A stretch of DNA of 64,000 nt from Podarcis muralis (taxonomy: Eukaryota), in NCBI RefSeq assembly GCF_964188315.1, contig NC_135656.1, positions 112,902,001 to 112,966,000 on the forward strand, written 5' to 3'. The position numbers and the translations under genes were made by a program. Under the pieces are notes generated by a model. That model saw nothing but the letters and a program-made list of their open reading frames with translations, was not told the DNA's origin and did not search any database. Within the stretch, counting starts at the first letter, position 1; every line of letters begins with the position of its first letter. Shown piece by piece: positions 36,827 to 50,168 of this stretch.

Positions 36827-39800
36827 ATGGCTGCTTCTGGGGGTCCCGTGAAGGATCTCTTCGAGGAAGCCACTTGCTCCATCTGCCTGGAGTATTTCAG
36901 GGATCCAGTGATCATCCCGGAGTGCGGGCACAACTTCTGCCGATCCTGCCTGATCCAGTATTGGGGGAAATCCGAGGCAAAGGCTTCCTGCCCTGAGTGC
37001 AGGAAAACAGTTCAGGAAAAGAACCTCATCCCCAATCGGTCGCTGGCAAATGTTGCAGAAAAAGCCAAGATGCGGGCAGAAGAAAAGGGGAGGGTCTGCG
37101 AGAAGCACCAGGAGCCCCTGAAGCTCTTCTGCCAGGAGGATGAAGCCCCCATCTGTGTGGTGTGTAAGGAATCTAAGGAGCACCAAAGCCACAAGATGGT
37201 TCCTCTAGAGGAGGCTTTCCAGGAGTACAAGGTAGGAAAAGGTAGCGGTTCTTTCTTGGGGGGTGGAATAGCTTCAGACAAGAGGGGCTTGCAAAATAAA
37301 AAATAAATATAAAATGTTGTAATGTATTCTCTCCTCTTGCCGCCCAAAAGGAATCCTCCAGCAAGAGATCTTGTGCAGCCTGATAGGACTAAACTTCTGA
37401 AACTTTATACAATAAGCATTTATTTTTCTTTTTGAGAGATTAAAGTGCACCACCTGAATGCAGGCTGCAGTAACTCCCCTGGGAGGAAAGATTACAACAT
37501 CTAGGATTAATTTAATAAAAAGGAGGGGGCACATTTTGGAGGTGTGTTCAGTGTGGGGGATAAATAGCAAACACCCCATGTTTCTCAGCTCTTGATATAG
37601 GGCAGCCCCATTTCTGCCTCGTCTGGGATGAAAAAGGGAAACTCCTGCAAAATACCCTGGAATGTGGGGCAAGGAGCAAACATACGATTCAGCTTGCCTG
37701 TTAAGGTGTAACGCAGCCCAACTTGGACTTTGTTTTCTTTTCAGGATCAGATCAGCACCTGCCTAGACAATGTGAGGAAGGAGAGAGAGAAAATTCTAGT
37801 ACTTAAAGCAGACACAGAAAAGGAAAGCCAAGACCTGCTTGTAAGCATCATTGTTACTTGAAGGTGAAAAAGTGCTATACAGCCATATCTTGGGTTGCGA
37901 ACGTGATCCATGTGGGAGGCACGTTCACAACTCGCAGCACTGCGTCTGTGCAGAGGCGTAATGTAATTTTGTGTTTCTGCGCATGCATGAGTGCCAGAAC
38001 GTGGAAGTAACCCATCCCGGTACTTCCGGGTTCAGCGCAGTCTGCAACCCAAAATGCGCAACTTGCAGTGTTCGCAACCCAAGGTATGACTGTAGTCTAG
38101 AATCCATATCTGGGGGGAAATGAAAATGGAATACAGAAAGAGGTTTATTCTTGAACAGCCTTATTTCCCACAGAACATGAAAGACCATTTAAAGGAGGGG
38201 GTGGGCTTGTGTTTATGAAGCTCTTTCCCTGCTGAATATTGGCGTAATCTCTCTAAAATGTCAGGCGTTCCCTTCCAGGGGAATTTGGATAACTGGCCTC
38301 TTCATCCTTCAAGAGCAGACTAGATGCCTGATTTTGGCCCACTGTTCTCTTCTTTCAATCTCTTTGCTGCAGAAACAAACAGATGCAGAGAGGGAAAAGA
38401 TGGTGGCTGAGATCAGGCGACTGCACCAGTTTCTGGAAGAACAAGAGAAACGTATTCTGGTCCAGATGGCAGAAGTGGAGAAGGAGATTGCAGCCAAAAG
38501 GGAGGAGCACCTGGCCAGACTCTCCAGGGAACTCTCCTCTTTTGAACACGCCATCCGGGAAATGGAGGAGAAGCTTCAGGAACCAGCGAGTGAACTTCTG
38601 CAGGTGAGGCCTCATCCTGATGCGAGAGGGTGGAGTGTGCTGCTTCATAGTACAAGCAGGAGGATAACATGTCTTTTTTTTTTTTTTATAATAAATTTTT
38701 ATTAGTTTTCCATGAATAAAGAAGAGACAAAACAAAAACATAAACATAAACAAACAAAAATACGACTTCCCCATACCACCCCTTTTCTGCATTCTTGTTT
38801 CAAGATTTTTCAGCAACCCTCTGAGCATAACTTAAATATATTTCATGTATTTAACTTCAGTTAGTTATTAATACAACTGTAGTTCTTTATCTCTTATAAC
38901 TCTGAGCCCCTAATTTTCCAAATTACAACAGTTTTTAAGATAAACTTTAAATTTGTTCCAATCTTCATCCACCGCCTCTTTCCCCCGGTCTCGAATTCTG
39001 CCAGTCATCTCTGCCAGTCCCATATAGTCGATCACCTTCGTCTGCCATTCTTCCAACGTGGGTAAATCTTGCGTCTTCCAATACTTTGCTAGAAGGATTC
39101 TTGCTGCTGTAGTGGCATACATAAAAAATGTCCTATCCTTCTTTGGCACCATTTGGCCCACCATACCCAAGAGAAAGGCCTCTGGTTTTTTAACAAACGT
39201 TCTCTTCAGAACTTTTTTTTATTTCATTATAGATCATTTCCCAGAAAGCCTTAATCTTCGGGCAGGTCCACCAAAGGTGATAGAAGGTTCCCTCCGTTTC
39301 ACTACACTTCCAACACTTGTTATTGGGCAAATGATAGATCTTTGCTAACTTAGCAGGAGTCATGTACCACCTGTAGATCATTTTCATAATGTTTTCTTTT
39401 AAGGCATTGCATGCCGTAAATTTAACACCAGTGGTCCATAACTGCTCCCAGTCAGCAAGTTCAATGTCATGCCCAATATCCTGTGCCCATTTAATCATAT
39501 TAGATTTCACCATTTCGTCTTGAGTATTCCATTTCAACAGCAAGTTGTACATTCTTGACAAATTTTTAGTATTGGGTTCTAACAGTTCTGTTTCTAATTT
39601 TGACTTCTCCACTTGGAAGCCTTTCTTTCTGTCCTGTTTGAATACTTCATTTATCTGTCGATAATGTAACCAATCTCTCACCTTAAACTTCAGTTTCTCA
39701 AAACTCTGCAATTTTACATTTTCACCATCTTGTTCTATAATTTCACAATATTTAGGCCAATTAGAACCCATATTCAATTTTTTCACCTCTTTTGCTTCCA

Positions 39801-41613
39801 TTGGTGACAACCACCTGGGGGTTCTACTTTCAAACAGGTCTTTATACTTAATCCAAACATTATACAGAGCTTTCCTCACCATATGGTTCTTAAAACCTTT
39901 ATGCAATTTTACCTTGTCATACCATATATATGCATGCCAACCAAATCTGTTGTCAAATCCTTCAAGGTCCAAAATGTCTGTATTCTCGAGGAGCAGCCAA
40001 TCTTTCAACCAGCAAAACGCTGCTGATTCATAGTAAAGTCTTAAGTCCGGCAGGGCAAAACCCCCTCTATCTTTCGCATCTGTTAATGTCTTAAATTTTA
40101 TTCTTGGCTTTTTGCCCTGCCAAACAAATTTCGATATGTCTTTCTGCCACCTCTTGAAACAGTCCATCTTGTCTATTATTTGTAATGTCTGAAACAGAAA
40201 TAACATTCTAGGCAATACATTCATTTTGATAACAGCAATTCTGCCTAACAAGGAAAGTTTCAGCCTTGACCATATGTCTAAATCTTTCTTAACTTCTGTC
40301 CAACATTTATCATAATTGTCTTTAAAAAGATTCACATTTTTCGATGTCAAATTCACCCCCAGGTACTTCACTTTTTTTGCTATCTCCAAACCTGTTTCAT
40401 TCTGGAATGTCTCTTTTTCTTCATTTGTTAGGTTTTTTTCCAAGACTTTAGTTTTTTGTTTATTCAACTTAAATCCTGCAACTTGACCAAATATCTCGAT
40501 CAGTTCTAAAACTCTTTTTGTGCTAGTGATTGGCTGTTGCAAAGTCAAAACTAGGTCATCTGCAAATGCCCTTAATTTATACTCTCTCACTCCGACCTGA
40601 ATTCCTTTGACCAACTGGTCCTTTCTAATCATATTTAACAAAACCTCCAGAACCAGTATAAAAAGTAGGGGGGAAATAGGGCATCCCTGTCGTGTTCCTT
40701 TCTCTATAGCTATCTCTTCCGTTACCACATTATTCACAATTAGCTTTGCCTTCTGCTCAGAATAAATTGCACCTATACCATTTTCAAAACCTTGGCCTAC
40801 CCCCATCCCTTGGAGATTCTTTTTCATAAAACTCCAACAAATATTGTCAAAGGCTTTCTCCGCGTCCACAAAAATCAAAACCGCTTTTCTGTTAATGTTC
40901 ATTTCCAACAGTTCCACAATGTCTATTATGTTCCTCACATTGTCAGACATGTGTCTTCCCGGGAGAAAGCCAGATTGATCCTTATGAATCTCACCTGTCA
41001 ATACTTTCTTCAGTCTTTTTGCTAAAATGTCTGCAAAAATTTTGTAATCCACATTTAACATGTCTTAGCCCCCACCCCCCAAAAAGCTGCTGCAAGGAAA
41101 AGAATTGGTACATGATGGGTGAAAGGCCTGGGGTCACAAAAGGGGATCTGCTAGATCAAACCACAGGTCCCTTCACTCTAGTATTGTGTTCTCACACTGG
41201 CCAACCAGAGGTCTCTGGGAAGCTTTAAAAACCAGTAGCTCTCTGCCCACCTCTCTTTCCCAATAAGTGCTGGTCAGCTGCTTAGTATTGATAACTGGGG
41301 TCATCCGGAGGTTTGGCACACGTTGTCAGCAATATGCTGGTGAGTCTCCTTTACATCTGCAGGTGAGGCAGTGGAAGTGCTGGACCAGTGTCTTGTCTCT
41401 CTAGCAGACTGGATGAGAGTCAACAAATTGAAAGGCAATCCAGATAAGACTGAGGAACTATTAGTGGGTGGTTCCCTAGACCGGATGGGTGGGAGATGGC
41501 CTGCTCTTGATGGGGTTGCACTTCCTCTGAAGGAGTAGGTACATATCTTGAGGGTTGTAGATGGGGCTGTGCCTGAATACAGTTTGGATTATTTGGTTGC
41601 TCTTGTTTTTGTA

Positions 41614-41667
<54 letters not shown>

Positions 41668-42119
41668 TAATACCTTTAAAGCCCTATATGGCCTAGGACC
41701 CTCATACCTATGGGACCGCCTCTCCTGGTATGTCCCACGGAGGACCTTACGGTCTTCAAACCAAAACATCTTGGAGGTCCCGGGCCACAGGGAGGTTAGG
41801 CTGGACTCAACCATAGCCAGGGGTTTTTCGGCTGTGGCTCCAATCCAGTGGAACGCTCTGTCACAAGAGACTAGGGCCCTGCGGGACTTGACATCTTTCC
41901 GCAGGGCCTGCAAGACAGAGCTGTTCCACCAGGCCTTTGGCCAAGGCACAGTCTCACCCCGTTCTTTGGTAATCCTCACAGAACTCTAGCCCAATGGTTG
42001 CCATTAATCTGATTTGAACTGATTTTATAATGAAATGATTTTAGAATGTTGTATAATTTTACTGTTGTTAGCTGCTCTGAGCCCGGCTTCTGCTGGGGAG
42101 GGCGGGATATAAATAAAAT

Positions 42120-42167
<48 letters not shown>

Positions 42168-43442
42168 TTATACCCCACCCGTCTGGCTGGGCTTCCCCAG
42201 CCACTCTGGGCGGCTTCCAACAGAATATTAAAATACAATAGTCTATTAAACATTAAAAGCTTCCCTAAACAGGGCTGCCTTCAGTTGTCTTCTAAAAGTC
42301 TGGTAGTTGTTTTTCTCTTTGACATCTGGTGGGAGGGCGTTCCACAGGGCGGGTGCCACTACCGAGAAGGCCCTCTGCCTGGTTCCCTGTAACTTGGCTT
42401 CTTGCAGCGAGGGAACTACTAGAAGGCCCTCAGCACTAGACCTCAGTGTTCGGGCAGAACGATGGGGGTGGAGACGCTCCTTCAGGTATACTGGACCGAG
42501 GCCGTTTAGGGCTTTAAAGGTCAGCACCAACACTTTGAATTGTGCTCGGAAACGTACTGGGAGCCAGTGTAGGTCTTCCAAGACAGGTGTTATGTGGTCT
42601 CAGCAGCCGCTCCCAGTCACCAGTCTAGCTGCCGCATTCTGGATTAGTTGTAGTTTTCAGGTCACCTTTAAAGGTAGCCCCACATAGAGCGCATTGCAGT
42701 AGTCCAAGCGGGAGATAACCAGAGCATGCACCACTCTGGCGAGACACTCCGCGGGCAGATAGGGTCTCAGCCTGCGTACCAGATGGAGCTGGTAGGCAGC
42801 TGCCCTGGACACAGAATTGACCTGCGCCTCCATGGACAGCTGTGAGTCCAGAATGACTCCCAGGCTGTGCACCTGGTCCTTCAGGGGCACAGTTACCCCA
42901 TTCAGGACCAGGGAGTCCTCCACACCCACCCGCCTCCTGTCCCCCCAAAACAGTTCTTTTGTCTTGTCAGGATTCAACCTCAATCTGTTAGCCGCCATCC
43001 ATCCTCCAACTGCCTGCACACAGGACCTTCACCGCCATCACTGGTTCTGATTTGAAAGAGAGGTAGAACTGGGTATCATCCGCATACTGATGAACACCCA
43101 GCCCAAACCCCCTGATGATCTCTCCCAGCGGCTGCATGTAGATGTTGAAAAGCATGGGCGAGAGGACAGAACCCTGAGGCACCCCACAAGTGAGAGCCCA
43201 GGGGTCTGAACACTCATCCCCCACCACCACTTTCAGGACACGGCCCAGGAGGAAGGAGCGGAATCACTGTATAACAGGGCCCCCACTTCCCAGCCCCTCT
43301 TATTATGAATTTTATGTTTTTATATAGTGATTTTATCTTGTCAACCGCCCAGAGGCCTGCGGTTAAAGGGTGGTATACAAATTTGATAATAATAACAAAC
43401 TGATCACAGTGCTCTGTGCAAAACTGATTCCACTGAAATATT

Positions 43443-43510
<68 letters not shown>

Positions 43511-46500
43511 TCCCTTGCTCCAGGATATTGGAAGCTTCTTGCAAAGGTAAGTGATGAAAAACCCCTGCCTTATTCTGATGCTAGGAACATTCTTTAACAG
43601 TCCACTCCCTCCTTCCAGAGATAGTTTAGGACACCATTGTCACTCACAAAATGACAGACAAAAATAGGGACACGTTTTCGTCATCATTTGTATCTATTGG
43701 TCTCATGTACAACCATGGGAAGGAAGCCGTTCCTCATTCCTCTCCATTGCGTATATCTGAAGGCTCTTCTCTGTGATGGATTCATTTCCTCTGCAATTGA
43801 TACTCAAAGGGGAGACATTCCAAAGGGGCTTGTAAATATCTTCACTATAAGTTTTTCTTAAATATCCAGTGTATTCCAAGCTCCTGCTGTTTCTTCCGCA
43901 GACATAAGAACATGAAATAGGGCAACCCTGGATCAGGCCGGTGGTCCATCAAGTCCAGCAGCCTGTTTTCACAGTGCCTAACCAGATGCCAGGATCTGAG
44001 CCCCAGAGGCCACTCCCCTCCTGTGGTTTCAGCAGAGGCCCCACTGCCTTTGACCAGCCATCGTGATTAGTAGCTGCTGAGAGCCTTGTCTCCCAGACAT
44101 ATTCAAAGATTCATGAATTTTGAAAATCTTGCATGTTTAGAAAATGCTGCTTTAATTTATTTTCTTTTAAAAAAAATAATTTGCATATATCAGCTTCTTT
44201 ACCTTCAATCTCATATTCATATATTAGCTTAAACATGCTTTGGAAGCAGCTGTGTGTTGGTTTTCCTTCAGCTTGTTAGGATCTCTCTAGATCCACACGT
44301 CATCTAGATGCTCCCAAGTCATCATGCCTTTATCATCAGGATGAGACACCTGTCTTGTCAGAAAGCTACTTTCACTGGACGGCTGGTGGCTTGACTTTGT
44401 TCTTCTCCTCCCAGGTCTCAGGAGAAGGAGAAATTTAAGAACCCCCCTGAGGCTTTTCCTCTTGCCCTGAAGTGGAGGATCTGTGACTTCTGTGATATGA
44501 ATCCCTTCCTGGAAGCTGTCATGAAGAAATTCAGAGGTAGTAAAGAAGGGCTGAAATATTTTATACTGGATGTTCATGACAGGCTCCAGGTCACACAGAA
44601 TATTAGCTGTACCAGGAAAATGGAAGTTTTATTTATTTATTCTCTTTCAATATCTAGAGGCCATACTTACATATGCAGAAGTCACAACTTATGCTACTTT
44701 TATTTATGCAATTACAGCTTTACACGGATCGCTAAAAAATAGATAAAGAGTGAGGTAGGAAATTATTGTTTACTGGGCTCTGCCTTGCTTATTGGGCTCT
44801 GATGAGATCTTGTGGGAACATCCCATATCTCAATTGGAATGTAACCCTCACATAAGTTGTGAGTCGTCTGTAAAACGTTGTGTTTTACTGCTTCCCATCT
44901 CTCAGCCAGGGCTTAGGTGCTTTCACGCATCTCACCCATTTCCCAGGTAGCCTCACCTACAGCTTTTTGGGCATTTCTCCTGTTCCTTTGGCATTGAGAT
45001 TGATGTAAGGGGAGTAGAAGGAGGGAATGAGGGGGGCTGTTAAAGAGCCAGCCAGGAGCAGAGGAGACTGGAATTGAGGCCTCCTGTCCTGATATCTGGT
45101 GTCATGAACACATCTTCCCCAAGTAGAGAAGCACAGCATGAGTTAAGCAGTCAGCAGCAGGAAAGCTTGCATTTCTCTCAGACAGCTGGGAGCAGATGCA
45201 TGTCTATTCCCGCTTTCCCTGACAGTGAAAGAAATGCAGATAAGACTTATGTAGAGAAGCCTGCTCACTCAAGAAGCATAGGCTGGCTCGGAATGAAGGA
45301 AAGGGGAGCATAATCCTATGAGCCCAAGGAGTAGACGTATGGGAAAGATATTAGAAAGGAAACAAAACCAGAAAAGTAAGGGTTATAGGTTCAGGATATT
45401 CTGCAGAAGCAGGAAGAACTCCTCAGAAGGGTCAACTGAATCATATGGTACGGAAGCTCCGCTAGGGCGTCCAAGGCTGACTGTAAATTTTCCAGCTAAT
45501 TACGACTTGTGTGCTGTGTTATCAAGATGGCAGCCTGGGCTCCTGACATCTCCTGAAGGTTGTTGCTGATGGGAAGATCTTCTGGGGGTCCTGTTCCTCT
45601 TCTAAGGTCTGAGCAGGCCTGAATCTTGACATTGCCCCTGCCCTGGCTTACGCAGGGATAGTCGGCATGGCGGATTTCGGATAGTTTTAAATTACAATCT
45701 CATGAGTTCGTATTGTCGTTACTAGATTAGTAATCAAGACTAAATGATGATTTAATGATTTTAGCACGATGCTAAAACTCTGTTCCCTTTTCTCTTCCCT
45801 TTTCTCTTCCAGACACTATGGAATATGGACTTGAACTGCGAAAAGGTAAATTTCAGGTTTTAAAGGAGGCACAATTTCAGGAATGATGAAATCTGCTTCT
45901 CAAAAAAGCAGGCTACTGTGGATTTCCCATCTATCACCCCCCCCCCAGTACCTCCCCCCAGTCCCCGTTTGCACTTTCCATGTCTCCGTTACAGGTTTTT
46001 GTCACTTTCAGGAAGTGATCAATTGTACCTAGGGTGTTATACTCCTCCAATTTTATTGTCTGTGAGAAGTGTTGGTGCTTTGCTGGCACCAGTCGTCCTC
46101 TGGACATCCAGGCGCAACATACATCCGAAAATGCATGCACGTAGTCATTAGCAGAGTTAGCCTAAGCTAAGACCAGGGCAATGTAGCATCAGGGTTTAGT
46201 GATTTATTTACAAGATCAAAACAAAGAACAGAACCATTATGGTGCGTCTCTTCTCCTCCGAGAGAGAGCAACAAACAGACAGGAAACAAAGGACAGAATT
46301 AGGAAGTCATAGGACTATCTTCCGTTTCTCATGCTTCCAAAGAATGGAATGTCAACACACAGAGCATGTGGTCTAGTAGTCACGCACACACTGCAGCATG
46401 GGAGAGAATGAAACCACTGACACAAAGAGGTTTCCTTTTGAAGGATCTCATTGGAGGTTTATGGCATTTCATCCTTTTTGAGTTTTTTTATTTGCCAATA

Positions 46501-49272
46501 TCAACAGATTGACAGAGCTTAAACATTCACAACAGGCAAGTCCACAGTTTGGCATCAGAGAGAAGCAGCCAGGACCACCGACATGCTGTCACCTAACAGA
46601 GCCCAAACTCCACTCCCTCTGTCTCCTCCTCTGCCATACACTCAAACGTTAGTTTTTATTATTGACAGACACCTAATAACATTGGGACGCGGGGGCGCTG
46701 TGGGTTAAACCACAGAGCCTAGGACTTGCCGATCAGAAGGTCGGCGGTTCGAATCCCCACAATGGGGTGAGCTCCCATTGTTCGGTCCCAGCTCCTGCCC
46801 ACCTAGCAGTTCGAAAGCATGCCAAAGTGCAAGTAGATAAATAGGTACTGCTCCGGCGGGAGGGTAAATGGCGTTTCCATGGGCTGCTCTGGTTTGCCAG
46901 AAGCGGCTTAGTCATGCTGGCCACATGACCTGGAAGCTGTACGCTGGCTCCCTCGTCCAATAAAGCGAGATGAGCGCCGCAACCCCAGAGTCGGTCATGA
47001 CTGGACCTAATGGTCTGGGGTCCCTGTACCTTTACCTAATAACATTGTCTATAGCTAGGACTTTTTTTCCTGCTTGTGTGGTGGTGGTGGTGGGGACATG
47101 CCTCCAGTCACCTTCTAGCTAATTCTTTGTTATTTAGCCAGAAATCTCTGTAACAACAATAACCTGGCAACTTTTCTAGGCCTCTTTTTATGTATGTGAG
47201 GAACAGAGATGAGAAAGATGAGTCATATCAATCTGGTCTGGGGAGCCAGGATGGGGTCTCTGTATTGAAGGTGAAGTGTGGGAATGACACTTCCTAGGTG
47301 TTACTGGGTTTGGCTTTAATTTGTTGTTGTTTAGTCGTTTAGTCATGTCCGACTCTTCACGACCCCATGGAGCAGAGCACGCCAGGCACTCCTGTCTTCC
47401 ACTGCCTCCCACAGCTTGGTCAAACTCATGCTGGTAGCTTCAAGAACACGGTCCAACCATCTCGTCCTCTGTCATCCCCTAGTCTCATAAGGTGGCCAAA
47501 GTACAGTGGTGCCTCGCAAGACGAAAATAATCCATTCCGCGAGTCTCTTCGTCTAGCGGTTTTTTCGTCTTGCGAAGCAACCCTATTAGCGGCTTAGCAG
47601 ATTAACGCTATTAGCGGCTTAGTGGCTATTAAAGGCTTAGCGGCTAAAAGGCTATTAGCGGCTTAGTGGCTACTAAAGGCTTAGTGGCTAAAAGGTTATT
47701 AGCGGCTTAGCAGCTTAGAAAAGGGGGGGGAGCGAAAAAAATCGCAAGACCCGCAAGACGTTTTCGTCTTGCGAAGCAAGCCCATAGGGAAATTCATCTT
47801 GCGAAGCGCATCGAAAAACGGAAAACCCTTTCGTCTAGCGGGTTTTTCGTCTTGCGAGGCATTTGTCTTGCGGGGCACCACTGTATTGGAGCCTCAGCTT
47901 CACGATCTGTCCTTCCAGTGAGCACTCAGGGCTGATCTCCTTCAGAATGGAGAGGTTTGATCTTCTTGCAGTCCATGGGACTCTTCAAGAGTCTTCTCCA
48001 GCACCATAATTCAAAAGCATCGATTCTTTGGCGATCAGCCTTCTTTATGGTCCATCTCTCACTTCCATACAACACTACTGGGAGAACCATAGCTTTAACT
48101 GTATGGACCTTTGTTGGCAAGGTGATGTGTCTGCTTTTTAAGATGCTGTCTAGTTTTGCCATTGCTTTTCTCCCAAGAAGCAGGCATCTTTTAATTTCAT
48201 GGCTGCTGTCACCATCTGCAGTGATCATGGAGCCCAAGAAAGTAAAACCTCTCATTGCCTCCGTTTCTTCCCCTTCTATTTGCCAGGAGGTGATGGGACC
48301 AGTGGCCATGATCTTAGTTTTTCTGATGTTGAGCTTCAGACCATATTTTGCGTCCCTGCCTTGACTCCCTTCTGCCATGAACTGTGGAGATGGGGGTGGC
48401 CTTAGACAAGCCACTGTCTCTCAACCTCAGTCCTCCCATCTGAAAAATGGGCATCCTAAGATTGACTTAACTTACAGGGTCGTTGCAAGGGATCTATGTA
48501 GATAATGTGTGTTAAGTACTTTGAACACTTGAAAGAACTGCAAATGTTTCAAGAATCCTTATTAAGAACTTGATGAACATCCCTCTCTCAAATGCAGAGC
48601 CATGGAATCCCTGTTCATTTCAGAGGGGATGCTGTTTCTGTCACGTTCCTAAAGAAAAGTCAGCTTCCCAGTTGACGTCGTTTCTCTTCTCTTTCCTCCT
48701 CTGCCCCCACAGAAAACGTAACTTTGGATCCAGACACAGCACATCCCCTCCTCATCCTGTCTGAGGATCGAAAGAGTGTGAGAAAGGGAGAAGTGCGTCA
48801 AGACCTGCCAGACAACCCTGAGAGATTTGACACACAAACCTATGTGCTGGGATGTGAGGGTTTCACATCAGGAAGACATTTCTGGGAGGTCACTGTGGGA
48901 AGAGAGGAGGGGTGGGGGGTGGGGGTGGCCAGAAAGTCTGTGAAGAGGAAGGGTGCTTTCACTTCTGGTCCTATGGAAGGGATCTGGGTTTTTGGGAAGT
49001 GGGGCGGTATGCACAAGTTCTTCTACCGCCAAGTTCTGCTGCGCCTCAAGAGGATCCGAGTGGCCCTGAACTATGAAGGGGGACGGGTGTCCTTTTACGA
49101 TGCTGATACAGCAGCCCTTCTCCGCGCATTTCCAGCAGCCTCCTTCTCAGGAGAGACCCTCCAGCCCTTGTTTTATGTGTCTGCCAAAGGTCACCTGACA
49201 ATCTCTGAGTGTAGAGACAGACAAGGTTCCAGGTTCGCTGCTGAATATGCGTCTCTGTGCCACTTGTCCTAA
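36827..49272 (+). CDS. TRIM gene E, complete RING-B-box2-CC-PRY/SPRY protein, 489 aa
   Basis: Exons 36827-37231, 37745-37840, 38373-38603, 43524-43546, 44415-44536, 45813-45845, 48713-49272 sum to 1470 nt, open frame. The RING-B-box linker is shorter than in the paralogues. Confidence 0.92.
37880..38092. mobile_element. Tigger-type MITE in TRIM E intron 2
   Basis: TIRs CAGCCATATCTTGGGTTGCGAAC / GTTCGCAACCCAAGGTATGACTG, TA TSD. Confidence 0.85.
38676..41055 (-). mobile_element. Young 5'-truncated L1-clade LINE (RT plus Cys-rich C-terminus)
   Basis: The 623-aa ORF starts at LNVDYKIF and includes GTRQGCPISP, AFADD and CWKC..HLWWTC. AATAAA and poly-A at the 38676 end; 11-bp TSD TAACATGTCTT at 38665 and 41056. 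Confidence 0.95.
41340..41600 (+). mobile_element. Old L2 fragment shared with TRIM F intron 3 (59560-59835)
   Basis: DWMRVNKLKGNPDKTEELL-like coding remnant at homologous positions in both genes. Confidence 0.7.
41670..42110 (+). mobile_element. L2-family 3' fragment
   Basis: IQWNALSQETRALRDLTSFRRACKTELF; homologous to 29060-29400; (AAT)n flanks. Confidence 0.7.
42160..43290 (-). mobile_element. L2 LINE 3' 1.1 kb
   Basis: GVPQGSVLSPMLFNIY..YADDTQ, RLNPDKT, LHWLPVRFRAQFK motifs with frameshifts. Confidence 0.9.
46061..46422 (-). mobile_element. Possible solo LTR in TRIM E intron 6
   Basis: TG..CA ends and AATAAA on the minus strand; absent from the paralogous relic intron; no TSD found. 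Confidence 0.35.
46685..47036 (+). mobile_element. Sauria SINE
   Basis: Full head and tail; TSD ACCTAATAACATTG. Confidence 0.9.
47321..48352 (-). mobile_element. RTE-BovB LINE 3' fragment interrupted by a MITE
   Basis: LKLNIRKTKIMATGPITSWQIEGE..DAFELWCWRRLL; (CAA)n tail. Confidence 0.9.
47504..47883. mobile_element. Tigger-type MITE nested in BovB
   Basis: CAGTGGTGCCTCGCAAGAC / GTCTTGCGGGGCACCACTG, TA TSD, internal TTAGCGGCT repeats. Confidence 0.85.
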
Positions 49273-50010
49273 ATCAGCAGAGCGATGCTCAACATCAAAG
49301 CACTTCAGAAGCTCTGACCCAGACAACGAAGGCAGTAACTCACAGATTCAGTTAATTACAGACAGAAGTATTTTACGATCGGGTCACAAAAGCTTAATGG
49401 TTCCTGTTATAAGAATTTTAAGGTCATATATAAAAAAATTAAATGTTCATAACTGTATATATAAACCACATGTCTGAAACCCCACAGATTAGGTCCTGAA
49501 CAAATTGACCTCAAATATTTCTCTCTCTTTCCTCACAAACCCACATTCAAGATATGAACAGTGTGTGAGCCTGTGACCTGTGAGCTAGATTCAGGAATTA
49601 AGTAGTTATAATAACAAAAGAGTGGCCAAAACCCAGATAATGCAATCAGGTAACTTGCCAGACAGGAGATAAACAACGCACTCAGATTTCTGCTGTAGAC
49701 CGCCTCTTCTGTGATGTAGGTATGATGTGTCTGGGGGGGTTGGTCTTGGACTCCAGGGTGGGCAATTTAAAATGTCTTTATAAGGGTGGGCACACCTTTG
49801 TTCTGGGTCCTCCTCCTCTCTCCTGCGTGTTGGGGGAGCACCCTGTTGCAACAGTTAATAAAGATCAGGCTTACTAGCTGCTTTGCTTCTCAATATTCTC
49901 TGGTTGGTCTCTGTTATTTTCTCCTACCGATAGAGAACCTACAAAAGGACTTTATAAGGGCTCTTGGGTACCCCATAAGGCAAAAGGAGCAATTTTTTTT
50001 TACTTATATC

Positions 50011-50168
50011 CAGTGGCGTAGCGTGGGGGGTGCAGGGGGGCCCGGCCGCACCGGCCGCAACATCTGGGGGTTAGGGAAATCCACGGGTTAGGGGGCGCAA
50101 ATCCATGGGTTAGGGGGCGCAAATTACTTGCCTTGCCCCGGGTGCTGATAACCCACGCTACGCCACTG
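50011..50168. mobile_element. hAT MITE (CAGTGGCGTAGCGTGGG family)
   Basis: Exact 8-bp TSD CTTATATC. Confidence 0.85.

Noticed and set aside
38676-41055. Autonomous L1
   Set aside because: 5'-truncated at the start of RT; ORF1 and the endonuclease are missing.
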